Shown: positions 37,789-47,091, numbered from the stretch's first letter. The stretch is 58,994 bases of DNA from an uncultured Candidatus Saccharibacteria bacterium (GCA_964599285.1 CAZREI010000004.1:1-58994), one strand, 5' to 3'. Program-made: numbers and translations. The notes: a model not told the origin generated them from the letters alone.

Positions 37789-38007
37789 ATGGCAACCGTA
37801 AACATCCCCAAAGCAACAGTCACTCTTACGGACCCGCAGATTGGTATCTTGCTCCAGATGATCAAATACTGGAGGGAAACAGAAGTGGCGTTTGAGGCAG
37901 TGGAGGAGAAGCCATGGCTCAAACCCAAAAACCCAATCAATTTAAATCCTACTGATTTGGCAGAGGTCGAGAAGATCTTGATGAAGGCCATGTGGGATTG
38001 TGGTTGA
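37789..38007 (+). CDS. Small hypothetical protein (array ORF5)
   Basis: AGAGGAG SD before ATG at 37789. Confidence 0.6.
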   Translation: MATVNIPKATVTLTDPQIGILLQMIKYWRETEVAFEAVEEKPWLKPKNPINLNPTDLAEVEKILMKAMWDCG

Positions 38008-38098
38008 TGTGGGGCCGTCAGGTACCTAGCAAGCACCGCACGGTGCACCTGGCGAAAGTGAGGCAATTCGTGATGACGACGAAACCTCACAGCAATCA

Positions 38099-38161
38099 AG
38101 GACGATTCGCAAGATTCGTCCCCACTTCAGAGCAGTTTTCAATGAAGACTTTTCTGAAATG
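38099..38161 (+). repeat. Structured intergenic element, copy D (diverged)
   Basis: GGACGA/TCGTCC and CACTTCAGA/TCTGAAATG. Confidence 0.75.
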
Positions 38162-38239
38162 TTGACGGAAATTACAAGCTCTTTTCTTCCCATATCGGGC
38201 GGCCTCAATGGTGGCCGAAATCTCTTGAAAGGAGATACC

Positions 38240-38845
38240 ATGAACAATCTGTTGATTCACCAGGGTTTCACCGTTCTGTCGAGTCTCTACACCCTCACCA
38301 TTTTCTTCCCTTTGAAAGCGAAGAAGGATAAGGGGTTGGATGATTTGGAAGCGTACCAACACTTCCCAATCACCGCGGGGAACGACGACGAGGCGATTCT
38401 CCGGGCCCAAGAAGCTACCACGGGTATAGATTTTGAGAGTAGCTATGGCTACCTCATTCATCGTACCGAGGACGCGATTCGGATTGTGTCCGTGAAGATT
38501 AAGATTCTCGGACTAGGTTACTGCCGTCACGGACATTATCCTGGTTCCTTCGTGGAGTCCTACTTCGTGAAGAACGAGGAGGAAGCCAGGGCACACTTCA
38601 AGGATGCTATTCGGGGTTGCGAACGCAATCACGGAATCTGTATTGACGCGAGTTTTCGCAACAATACTGCAGATTGTTACTTTCCTGGGCTTTGGCCAGG
38701 CGAGCCAATTCTGCAGAGCAGTCTTCCCTGCACAACTCCTGCTATTCAGCGCGGTAGTGCGGTACCTCCCCCAATTCTGCTTTCGGAGGAAAAGGGAATC
38801 CTTGTTAAGGAAACCCTTGAACTCTGGGACAAGCTCGCCAAGTAA
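38240..38845 (+). CDS. Hypothetical protein (array ORF6)
   Basis: AAAGGAG SD; contains YCRHGH and GCERNHG. Confidence 0.7.
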   Translation: MNNLLIHQGFTVLSSLYTLTIFFPLKAKKDKGLDDLEAYQHFPITAGNDDEAILRAQEATTGIDFESSYGYLIHRTEDAIRIVSVKIKILGLGYCRHGHYPGSFVESYFVKNEEEARAHFKDAIRGCERNHGICIDASFRNNTADCYFPGLWPGEPILQSSLPCTTPAIQRGSAVPPPILLSEEKGILVKETLELWDKLAK

Positions 38846-38851
38846 CCGCGC

Positions 38852-38968
38852 CCGCAGTTCACAAACCACACTGCGCAAATAAAAGTGGATAACATATATC
38901 AAGGCCGAACGGATTCGTCCCTCGGCCTCACTTCAGAGTAGTTTACCAGTGTAGACTTTTCTGAAGTG
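38852..38968 (+). repeat. Structured intergenic element, copy E
   Basis: Full three-hairpin copy with a compensatory AGTTT/AGACT change. Confidence 0.9.
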
Positions 38969-39001
38969 GCGAATGTATCTTTACAAAAGGAGGAGAAAAC
39001 C

Positions 39002-39250
39002 ATGCTTATTCTCATTGAAGTTCAGAAGACGCGGGGAAGCGAATTCGAAGTGGTCGGCATTGTTGATGCCGCAGACACCAAAGTCGCCACCGAAGAAGCT
39101 GATCGTCAGTATGCCGGTTCAACCTACTGTCGGTCGGCAAGGTATCTTACCGATAAGGTCGTCGCCGAGCTTGCTGAGAAGGGTTTCAAAGTCTGCGCTG
39201 GCGGCCCTGACTGCCAGCATGGAAGCGACAAACCCCACCTCGTTCGGTAG
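39002..39250 (+). CDS. Small hypothetical protein (array ORF7)
   Basis: AAGGAGG SD. Confidence 0.65.
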   Translation: MLILIEVQKTRGSEFEVVGIVDAADTKVATEEADRQYAGSTYCRSARYLTDKVVAELAEKGFKVCAGGPDCQHGSDKPHLVR

Positions 39251-39312
39251 GGTTCGGCAAAAGGTTGTGGGTCATCCTTAAACCCTCTCCGATTTTCTGA
39301 AAGGAGGCAATA

Positions 39313-39537
39313 GTGAACGAAATCGGGCAGATTTTCTCGATGCTGGTGGTCTTGGTTATCATGGGTCTCGGTTTGACACTCATGGTAGGTGGGCCAAAAC
39401 TGGCGGAGAGATATTGCGTCTGGCTACGCAACGCAACATTCAGCTTGATTCTGTGGACAATCAAGCTGCCCTTCCGACTAATCGGAAAACTGATATTTGG
39501 AGGCAAGAAAAAGAAGAAAAAGAAGAAACGTCCATGA
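39313..39537 (+). CDS. Small membrane protein with poly-Lys tail (array ORF8)
   Basis: AAGGAGG SD, GTG start, hydrophobic N-terminal segment, KKKKKKKK tail; AGCTCCG/CGGAGCT terminator-like hairpin follows. Confidence 0.6.
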   Translation: MNEIGQIFSMLVVLVIMGLGLTLMVGGPKLAERYCVWLRNATFSLILWTIKLPFRLIGKLIFGGKKKKKKKKRP

Positions 39538-39645
39538 AACGCAGAAAGCTCCGCGGGAAACCTCGGAGCTGTTTTAATACATAGTTTTTAGAAAACAGGC
39601 TCGTCTGTTAGGTTATTTTTTGGTATAATTCACTAACCTAAAATT

Positions 39646-41235
39646 ATGCCAGAAAGAGAACCATCGTTTGAGCCAAATACCTACCAGCCAAGTGTGCCAG
39701 AAACACATGAGGCTGCACCCGAAATAGAAAACAAACTCAACAACCCTCAATTTTTAGAGGGGCAATTTAGGCTTCCCAAAGAACAATGGGATGAACAATT
39801 TCGTGTATTGGTTCAACAAAAGTCCGAAGAAAATCAGCGAATGATTCAAGAAGCCGAAGAATCTCTGGGCAAGGAATTTGAAGAAAGCCCACAAGAAACA
39901 TCTTCAAGGTCTCCCGAAGTAATTCGTCAGGAAACATTTGAGAGGTATGTCAGAGGGTTAGGATTAAGCGGAGAAGACTTAAGAGGAAAGAGCATTTTAG
40001 ATTTAGGCTGCCATGAAGGTGAATTCGTAGAACAGCTTATCAAAGAGAATATCACATCAGAAGCATACGGTCTTGAAGCCAATGAGGAAGTGGCAATCAA
40101 GGAAGACCTCAAAGACCATGTTTTACGAGGGAACTTCGCAAAGAAGTTACCAAAAGAAAATCTTGATTATGTGGTATCCGTAGGCGCAGTATCAAACTAT
40201 ATATCAGAGGGGAAAGAAGGAGCCGAGGCTATAGAAGACACCATAAAAAATTCCCTAGATTCTCTGAAAGAAAGTGGAGAAGTAAGAATATATCCGATAC
40301 AGGAGGCACAGGAAAACTCTGAACTGGTGGGACTTATAGAATCCAGAAAGAGCTGGGGCAGCCTTGCTGAAAAGATTTCCAAGGAAGAGGGTGTAACATG
40401 CAGTATTGAACCGAGAGCTGTAAAAGTAATCGGCAAGAATAATGATGTCATTCTTGAATCAGTTTTGGTTATTAGAAAGCTACCTGAAAAAGAAAGGCAA
40501 TGGCAATCCTTTGAAAAACAATTTAAGGAAACTACTGATGCTTTGGGTTACGAGATTGAACCAAAAATTATGGATACGGTAGTCGGATTAAATGCGATTG
40601 GCATTAGTACCTACCAGTCTTGCGAAGGACACGTTGATCGTGGACGCATTGCTCCATGGGTAGATGTTTCTGCTCCCAACGAACCGAAAAAGAAATTCGA
40701 AAAATCAACAATATCCGATAAAGAAATTTACGAAAAAAATGATGTTTCGGAAGAGCTACTTACAAAATCAAAAAAGTTAGAAGGTAAGTTTAAGCGTGAA
40801 ATGAAGAAAAGAGAGATTGAGATGGATGACATGAAAGAACGAAAGAAGCTTGCCAAAGAGCTGATGGCCGAGCTTGAAATTTCCAAGGAAGAAGCGAAGA
40901 AATTGAGCAAGGCAGCAAAACAAATAGACAGATCAAAACATACCCCTACCCCAGAATATAAAAAATGGATGGAGGCAAACGAAGAACTAGTAAAGAAAGC
41001 AGAGGCCCTAGTTGCCGAATTTAACCAAGGCAGGGATAGGCCGGAAGGCTCAAGAATAAAAACGCAACCGAGGGGCTACGGTGCAGCTATTTATAATGGA
41101 GGAGAGGATTACGAAACTGCGAATACGGAGAGAACAGAACAAGAAAAAGAAGAACTAAAGTCTCGTTTAGAATCTTACCGGGCAGAATTCAAGGAGTTTG
41201 CGGAGTTTTTAAAAAAGAAGTTTTTTGAATCGTAA
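39646..41235 (+). CDS. Hypothetical protein with a SAM methyltransferase-like domain and a SCEGH-motif C-terminal domain
   Basis: KSILDLGCHEG and TYQSCEGH. Confidence 0.65.
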   Translation: MPEREPSFEPNTYQPSVPETHEAAPEIENKLNNPQFLEGQFRLPKEQWDEQFRVLVQQKSEENQRMIQEAEESLGKEFEESPQETSSRSPEVIRQETFERYVRGLGLSGEDLRGKSILDLGCHEGEFVEQLIKENITSEAYGLEANEEVAIKEDLKDHVLRGNFAKKLPKENLDYVVSVGAVSNYISEGKEGAEAIEDTIKNSLDSLKESGEVRIYPIQEAQENSELVGLIESRKSWGSLAEKISKEEGVTCSIEPRAVKVIGKNNDVILESVLVIRKLPEKERQWQSFEKQFKETTDALGYEIEPKIMDTVVGLNAIGISTYQSCEGHVDRGRIAPWVDVSAPNEPKKKFEKSTISDKEIYEKNDVSEELLTKSKKLEGKFKREMKKREIEMDDMKERKKLAKELMAELEISKEEAKKLSKAAKQIDRSKHTPTPEYKKWMEANEELVKKAEALVAEFNQGRDRPEGSRIKTQPRGYGAAIYNGGEDYETANTERTEQEKEELKSRLESYRAEFKEFAEFLKKKFFES

Positions 41236-41245
41236 ACTAAAAACT

Positions 41246-41917
41246 ATGCCAGAAAAGTTTTCAAGTAGTGAAGGTGGTGATTTTCTCAAAGAAAAATACC
41301 CCGACCTTCCTAAATCACCAGAAGTTGAGAGTGCAGTAAAACGCCAAGAGATACGAGAAGACGAAAAAGTAGGCAATGATCCCAAAGAAAAAATTGGGGC
41401 CTATTTAGACCGCCTCAATGAAATTTTTAATCCAGAAGATGTCGATAAAAAAGAGAGGAGAGTTGATATCTTAAAAGATAAACTCCACGAAAAGTTTGTC
41501 ATAAAAGAAATCCCAGAAAGTTATTTTAAGCAACAGCAGAGAATGGCACGAGAGCAAGGACACGGCGACATTGAAATTACAGATCAATTACGACAAGAAG
41601 CACTAAAAACAATTTCTGCTGACCAAGCACAAAGTCTTGATAATTGGATAGATTATTTGGGTTCAGAAGATGCCACCTATCCAGATTGGCTAAAATATTG
41701 GGCATTTAGAAGTATTACTCAACTTTCCCAATATGACAAAGAGGCTCATGAATTTAAGAGGCGAAGCAAAAGCACTACCGCTCCTTTCCCCGATATAAAT
41801 CGTGAGGCTTTGGCGTATGTATTGGACGCTGTAGAAAAACAGCAAAAAGAAAAGGCATTATTTAATTCAAGTAGTGATTTTGAGAGTTTTTTGGCAAACT
41901 ATAAAAATGAAAAATAA
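41246..41917 (+). CDS. Hypothetical protein, possibly C-terminally truncated
   Basis: Acidic ORF that ends overlapping the NUDIX start. Confidence 0.6.
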   Translation: MPEKFSSSEGGDFLKEKYPDLPKSPEVESAVKRQEIREDEKVGNDPKEKIGAYLDRLNEIFNPEDVDKKERRVDILKDKLHEKFVIKEIPESYFKQQQRMAREQGHGDIEITDQLRQEALKTISADQAQSLDNWIDYLGSEDATYPDWLKYWAFRSITQLSQYDKEAHEFKRRSKSTTAPFPDINREALAYVLDAVEKQQKEKALFNSSSDFESFLANYKNEK

Positions 41918-42317
41918 CATAGAACAAAAACCAGATTTCGCTATCCGAGTAATGGTTTTCAAAGACGGGAAAATTTTACTTGGAAAAAACAAAGGTAAGC
42001 ACGGCACGGGGAGTTATACCTTTGTCGGTGGTCATTTGGAGTATATGGAGTCCATTGAAGATTGTATCAAAAGGGAGTTATTGGAGGAGTGCGGTGTTGA
42101 AGTAGAAAATATAAAACTTCAATCAGTTTTAAGTGTTACAGATTACCCGCCATTTCACAGTATTCATATTACCTATACTGCCGATTGGAAAAGCGGAGAA
42201 CCGAAAGTATTAGAACCAGAAAAAATAGAAAGTTGGGATTGGTATAATTTGGATACTTTACCACAGCCGCTTTTTAAGAATGTGGAGCTGTCTTTAAAAG
42301 ACTATAAAAAATTATAA
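41907..42317 (+). CDS. NUDIX hydrolase
   Basis: GGHLEYMESIEDCIKRELLEECG Nudix box. Confidence 0.9.
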   Translation: MKNNIEQKPDFAIRVMVFKDGKILLGKNKGKHGTGSYTFVGGHLEYMESIEDCIKRELLEECGVEVENIKLQSVLSVTDYPPFHSIHITYTADWKSGEPKVLEPEKIESWDWYNLDTLPQPLFKNVELSLKDYKKL

Positions 42318-43009
42318 TGAAAAAACCAATTACAACTTTGTTTATGTTAATGTCCGTTGATGGGAAAATCTCCACAGGAGATAACGATTCAATGGATGTG
42401 GATAAAGATTTTCCTCAAATCACTGGCATAAAAGAGGGGCTAAACCAATACTATGAATTGGAAAAGCGGACTGATTTATTTTCTATGAATACAGGACGGG
42501 TCTTTGCTAAAATTGGTATCAATGAAAAAACTGATGAACCAATAAAGCTACCCGTTAGTTTTATTGTTATTGATAATGAACCGTATCTTAAAAACAAAGG
42601 CGTGGAGTATTTAGCTAAAAAAGCTAAAACATTATTTGTCGCCACAACAAATAAAAAACATCCTGCCTTTCAGTTAAAAAGGCAGATGCCGAATATAGAA
42701 GTATTGCTTTACGACAAAGATATTGATTTCGCAGATTTAATGGAAAAACTATCTAACTACGGCGTTGATAAACTCACTATTCAATGCGGTGGTACGCTAA
42801 ACTCAATTTTAATTAGGGCTGGATTATTAGATAGAGTTCAGCTGGTTGTCGCTCCTACCTTGATAGGTGGTAAAAATACTTCTACGATTATGGATGGTGA
42901 GTCTTTGCATAACGTGGACGAATTATCAAAAATAAAATCACTGGAATTAGTAAAAGCCGAACCACTTAAAAACTCTTATCTGTTATTAGAATATAAAGTT
43001 AATAATTAA
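42317..43009 (+). CDS. RibD C-terminal (DHFR-like) reductase-domain protein
   Basis: MSVDGKI, IQCGGTLNS, GLLDRVQLVVAPTLIGG. Confidence 0.85.
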   Translation: MKKPITTLFMLMSVDGKISTGDNDSMDVDKDFPQITGIKEGLNQYYELEKRTDLFSMNTGRVFAKIGINEKTDEPIKLPVSFIVIDNEPYLKNKGVEYLAKKAKTLFVATTNKKHPAFQLKRQMPNIEVLLYDKDIDFADLMEKLSNYGVDKLTIQCGGTLNSILIRAGLLDRVQLVVAPTLIGGKNTSTIMDGESLHNVDELSKIKSLELVKAEPLKNSYLLLEYKVNN

Positions 43010-43013
43010 AATT

Positions 43014-43913
43014 ATGTCAGAAAGGCAACCAACACCAAATCCAGAAGAAGAACCAAAAATGCCCCAGATAGAAACCATACCAGAAGAAATTGGTAGAGCT
43101 GATATTTTACGATTTAGGGAAAAGTATTTACAACCCCTTGAAGGAGAAATTGAAAAAACTCCAGAGGAAGTAAGATTTATTGCGAAGGCAAATGAATGGA
43201 TAGAACAGGAATTGAAAGAGCTTCAGATTGATACTCTACCAACAGAAATAAAACCTGAACAAGTCCATATTTTATCAGATGTGGGGTGGGAAACCGAAGC
43301 TGGCTGGGGCAACCATGATGATGCCTATAACAAACCCTATGGCAATGCAATAATAATTCATAGCGAACGAGTGCAAGGCCAACTGAAAAGAATGGCTATA
43401 ATCTTGCATGAGTCTATTCATTTACAATCCCATCATAAATTTCGCACTAACGAAGACCCATCGTATCGTGATGGTTATATGGCTGAAAATCAAAGCCACG
43501 AAACCTCTTTTGAAGGTTTTAACGAAGCCGTTGTGGAGGGATTAACGATGCACCTCATGTACAACCATGAGAAAGAATTAGAAGACGAATTCAAAATTGA
43601 TTTAGAGAATTTAGATGATAATCTCTTTAACTATAGGAATTACGTTGACCTCTTATCGCTAATTATAGCTGATGTTGCAAAGAAAAAAGGAGAATCTACC
43701 GACGTAGTGCGCGATAAAATACTTCGTGGTCTTTTCTCTGGTGAAACAACGCACCTGCAAGATATTGAAGGAACTTATGGAAAATCGGCTTTGCAGGTCA
43801 TCAATTACTTAGGAGTTGAGGGTAAATCGCAAAAGGTTTTTAACTTCTTTTCAGAGAAAGACGATGATAAGCGGAATATAATTGCGGAGGAGATTCTGAA
43901 AGAAACACAATAA
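43014..43913 (+). CDS. Hypothetical protein with zincin HExxH motif
   Basis: ILHESIH followed by GFNEAVVE. Confidence 0.65.
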   Translation: MSERQPTPNPEEEPKMPQIETIPEEIGRADILRFREKYLQPLEGEIEKTPEEVRFIAKANEWIEQELKELQIDTLPTEIKPEQVHILSDVGWETEAGWGNHDDAYNKPYGNAIIIHSERVQGQLKRMAIILHESIHLQSHHKFRTNEDPSYRDGYMAENQSHETSFEGFNEAVVEGLTMHLMYNHEKELEDEFKIDLENLDDNLFNYRNYVDLLSLIIADVAKKKGESTDVVRDKILRGLFSGETTHLQDIEGTYGKSALQVINYLGVEGKSQKVFNFFSEKDDDKRNIIAEEILKETQ

Positions 43914-43919
43914 AAAACT

Positions 43920-44726
43920 ATGCCAGAAAAATTTGAAGGAAATTTAACTAATGGCGAAAACCCAGAGTCTAAAAAATTTGATGTAACCAAACCATTGATT
44001 GTGAGTAGTTTTGATTACGACAGGGGTGATTTTGAGAGTGAGGAAAATAAACTTTTTGAATTTGAGGGAGACCCACGCTATGTTGTGCGAATTGAAGACA
44101 TTGAGTTTCTGAAAACAGCTTTTTTTAAAGAAGCATCATCTCCATCAGAAAAGATGGAAAAAATGAGGGGATTATTTGATGAATTAAAAGAAAAATACGG
44201 TATTGTTGCACCAGTTGATTTTGCAATCGTAGAAGGTTGGGAAAAGAAAGAACCGTTGCTTTATATTATTACGGATAAGGTAGAAGGGGAACACCCCGAA
44301 AAGTTAGATTTTAACTCTCCCGATAAAGAGGAGCTAATAAAAAAGTTTGAAGATTTTTATGTATCTCTAGCGAGATATTTCATAGATAAATTCAAAAGTG
44401 ATGATTTGGTGCTTTGGGATATTGCCAAAAGTTCTGCCATTAAATATGGCAAGAAGGAGGGCGATGTTTCTCCCAATTTATATGTCGTAGACACAGACCC
44501 AAAACTCACTTCTGGTGGTTCTGGTATCGGAGACCTCACAGATATGTTTTCAACCATTCAAATGATAGAGTCAAAAGGCGGAAGAAAGTTTAATCTTGTG
44601 AGGCAAGAATTAAGTGATTTTTTAAGCCAATTAGATAAGGAGGAAGTAAAGCCAGCCGATAGAGTTTCAGAAAACTATATGAAAAGCGTAGTGGGATATA
44701 TAAGAGCCTTTTTAGAAGAAAAATAG
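43920..44726 (+). CDS. Hypothetical protein, possibly kinase-like fold
   Basis: YIITDKVEG, VLWDI and LYVVDTD spacing resembles the protein-kinase-like fold; weak. Confidence 0.5.
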   Translation: MPEKFEGNLTNGENPESKKFDVTKPLIVSSFDYDRGDFESEENKLFEFEGDPRYVVRIEDIEFLKTAFFKEASSPSEKMEKMRGLFDELKEKYGIVAPVDFAIVEGWEKKEPLLYIITDKVEGEHPEKLDFNSPDKEELIKKFEDFYVSLARYFIDKFKSDDLVLWDIAKSSAIKYGKKEGDVSPNLYVVDTDPKLTSGGSGIGDLTDMFSTIQMIESKGGRKFNLVRQELSDFLSQLDKEEVKPADRVSENYMKSVVGYIRAFLEEK

Positions 44727-45160
44727 ATTCAAGCGGAGGTTAGATAGCCATTAAACAAGTTCTAATATCACGCACGAAGCCCAGCATTTGAAAATTTAGG
44801 ATCTTTACGGTCCTAAATTTTAAAATCTGGGAGCTGTGATTCGAACCTCAAAAGGGGTCGGGAAAAAGGATTTTTCCCGTGGCGGAATTATTCAAACCGA
44901 GGGGTTTGAAGGAGGCCGAAGGCTGACTGGTTCAAGCGGAGCGGAATCCTAGTCCCGCAGCCAAGTTTATTGTGCGACAAAGTTTTTAAAATGCAAACAA
45001 GGTAGAGATATGTCTATACCCAAAGTGAAAATCGCAAGTTACCTCAGTCTACGGATCGAGGCTTTTTATTGTGCGACAGTTTACGGCTGCTGGCAGTTTT
45101 GTGATTTTCATCAATTATTTAGGATTTTTTGGGTACTATGGTATTAAACAATTAAAAAAT

Positions 45161-45595
45161 ATGGATAAAAAATCAAATCCTGTCGTGCACTTTGAGATGG
45201 GCTATACCGACAAAAATCGGATGTGCGCTTTTTATGAAACGGTTTTTGGTTGGAAAACAAATAACATGGGGCCGGAAATGGGAAACTATGTGGTGGCTCA
45301 TACTACGCAAACTGATAAGGAGGGCATGGTAAAAACTCCCGGCGCTATCAATGGAGGATTTTACCAGAAAACGGAAAATCCGTTATCCCATGCGCCGTCG
45401 GTGGTTATTGCGGTGGATGATATTTACGCTTCGGTAAAAGCAGTCCAGGCCGCTGGCGGCAAGATTTTAGGCGCCATGGACCAGGCGGGCAAACAATCCA
45501 TGGAGCCGCAGGATATTCCCGGAGTGGGTTTGTGGATTTCGTTTATGGATACCGAGGGCAATCGGGTTAGCATGCTTCAACCAAAGAAAATGTAA
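45161..45595 (+). CDS. VOC/glyoxalase-family protein
   Basis: VVHFEM, FYETVFGW, VQAAGGKI and FMDTEGN. Confidence 0.88.
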   Translation: MDKKSNPVVHFEMGYTDKNRMCAFYETVFGWKTNNMGPEMGNYVVAHTTQTDKEGMVKTPGAINGGFYQKTENPLSHAPSVVIAVDDIYASVKAVQAAGGKILGAMDQAGKQSMEPQDIPGVGLWISFMDTEGNRVSMLQPKKM

Positions 45596-45775
45596 TGTTA
45601 CCGCGGAACCACGCGCCCGCCTCGCCTTGACAGCGAGTCGAGGCCGGGGAAATTAACGTTAAGACGCGAGGCGCAATTGGTAGCAACCAATTCGCCCTGT
45701 CTCTGGAATCACGCAGAAACGAATATCTTACAGTCGCGCTTGATTTAATATTTTGTTTAGGTAAGATGCAGTAAT

Positions 45776-46459
45776 ATGCACCATTACCTCATCCGCGCGA
45801 AGTTTTTTTTAGCAACATTTATTTTTTTTCTGGCCACTTTTTTTGTTGTGACGACGTTGGCACAAGCCAGTTCAAAAAGTAATAATGCACAAGCTCCCGT
45901 ACTGACCGATGCAGCCGCCTTTTTGCAAACCGAGCCGATTGGCGTATTGATTGACGATGTGCCCGCGCAAGAATCATCACTGACACCCGCGCCTATCGTG
46001 CCTGATCAGGCAACCATCGGAAAACCGGTTCGCCTTAGCATTCCCGCCATTGGGGTCAATGCCGCCATTGAGCATATCGGATTGACTGGCGCAGGAGCTG
46101 TCGGCGTGCCAGATAACGCGGTTGATGTTTCTTGGTTTGATGCCGGGCCCCGACCTGGGCAATTGGGCAGCGCGGTTATTGTTGGGCACTATGGCATTTG
46201 GAAAAATGGCAGTCATTCGGTTTTTGACCGACTACCGGATTTGAAAATCGGTGACCACATTACCGTTAAGGACGATCAAGGTACCATCAGATTGTTTGTG
46301 GTGCAAGAATCAAAAGTGTATAGCAAAGACGCTACGGTTCCAGAAATTTTCAAAAAATCCGATCAGGCTTATTTAAATATCATCACCTGCCATGGCCAAT
46401 ATTTGCCAAGTCAAAAAACTTACTCGCAGCGCCTGGTAGTTTTTGCGAAACTTCAATAA
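45776..46459 (+). CDS. Class F sortase
   Basis: RLSIPAIGVNA, GPRPGQLGSAVIVGH and LNIITC. Confidence 0.88.
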   Translation: MHHYLIRAKFFLATFIFFLATFFVVTTLAQASSKSNNAQAPVLTDAAAFLQTEPIGVLIDDVPAQESSLTPAPIVPDQATIGKPVRLSIPAIGVNAAIEHIGLTGAGAVGVPDNAVDVSWFDAGPRPGQLGSAVIVGHYGIWKNGSHSVFDRLPDLKIGDHITVKDDQGTIRLFVVQESKVYSKDATVPEIFKKSDQAYLNIITCHGQYLPSQKTYSQRLVVFAKLQ

Positions 46460-46596
46460 TTCAATTTCTTTAATCAAAGAAATTCGCGGATCATCGCAGA
46501 TGCAACGCAGATTATCGCGGATTACGACGTAACGTATCCGCGCGAATCAGTGTCTTAATCAGCGTGAATCCGCGTATTTTTACGGAGTAAAAATGT

Positions 46597-47091
46597 ATGG
46601 AACAAAAAATTACCCCATTTTTGTGGTTTAATATCCAAGCCGAAGAGGCCATCAACTTTTACGTTTCTATTTTTAAAAACTCAAAAATTGTCAGCATCAA
46701 GCGTTATCCGGAAGGGCCGTTGCAAGAACCGATGAAGGGGATGGAAGGCAAGGTGCTGACGGCAGTTTTTGAACTGGAGGGCCAAACGTTTATGGCGCTA
46801 GACGGAGGTCCGTTTTTTAAACCTTCAGGCGCAGTGTCTTTTTATATTGAATGTAAAACACAAGACGAGGTGGATTATTATTGGGATAAGTTGACTGAAG
46901 GCAGCGACCCAAAGGCCCAGCAGTGCGGCTGGTTGCAAGATAAGTACGGATTTTCCTGGCAGGTTATTCCAATCGCGTTGCCAAAATTACTCAATGATCC
47001 TGATGCTAAAAAAGCCGATAGGGTAATGCAGGCAATGCTCAAAATGAAAAAAATTATTATCGCGGATTTGGAAAGCGCCTACAACCAATAA
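46597..47091 (+). CDS. VOC-family PhnB-like protein
   Basis: KITPFLWF, AEEAINFY and CGWLQDKYGFSWQV. Confidence 0.9.
   Translation: MEQKITPFLWFNIQAEEAINFYVSIFKNSKIVSIKRYPEGPLQEPMKGMEGKVLTAVFELEGQTFMALDGGPFFKPSGAVSFYIECKTQDEVDYYWDKLTEGSDPKAQQCGWLQDKYGFSWQVIPIALPKLLNDPDAKKADRVMQAMLKMKKIIIADLESAYNQ

Larger units (their letters stand above)
26681..44961. mobile_element. tRNA-Gln-anchored genomic island (~18.3 kb)
   Basis: GAATCCTAGCCCCGCAGC (26681-26698) versus GAATCCTAGTCCCGCAGC (44944-44961); internal serine recombinase; no core genes and no host-type GTCATTGCG repeats seen inside. Confidence 0.75.

Noticed and set aside
36302-38968. Array element as integron attC sites
   Set aside because: No RYYYAAC/GTTRRRY boxes at the hairpin ends and no tyrosine integron integrase in the window.
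33613-43009. Riboflavin biosynthesis operon
   Set aside because: No ribB, ribH, ribE or deaminase domain in the window, and RibA is fused to unrelated domains.
45598-45615. GCGGAACCACGCG resembles a T-box antiterminator
   Set aside because: No stem I or specifier loop, and the downstream gene is a sortase.
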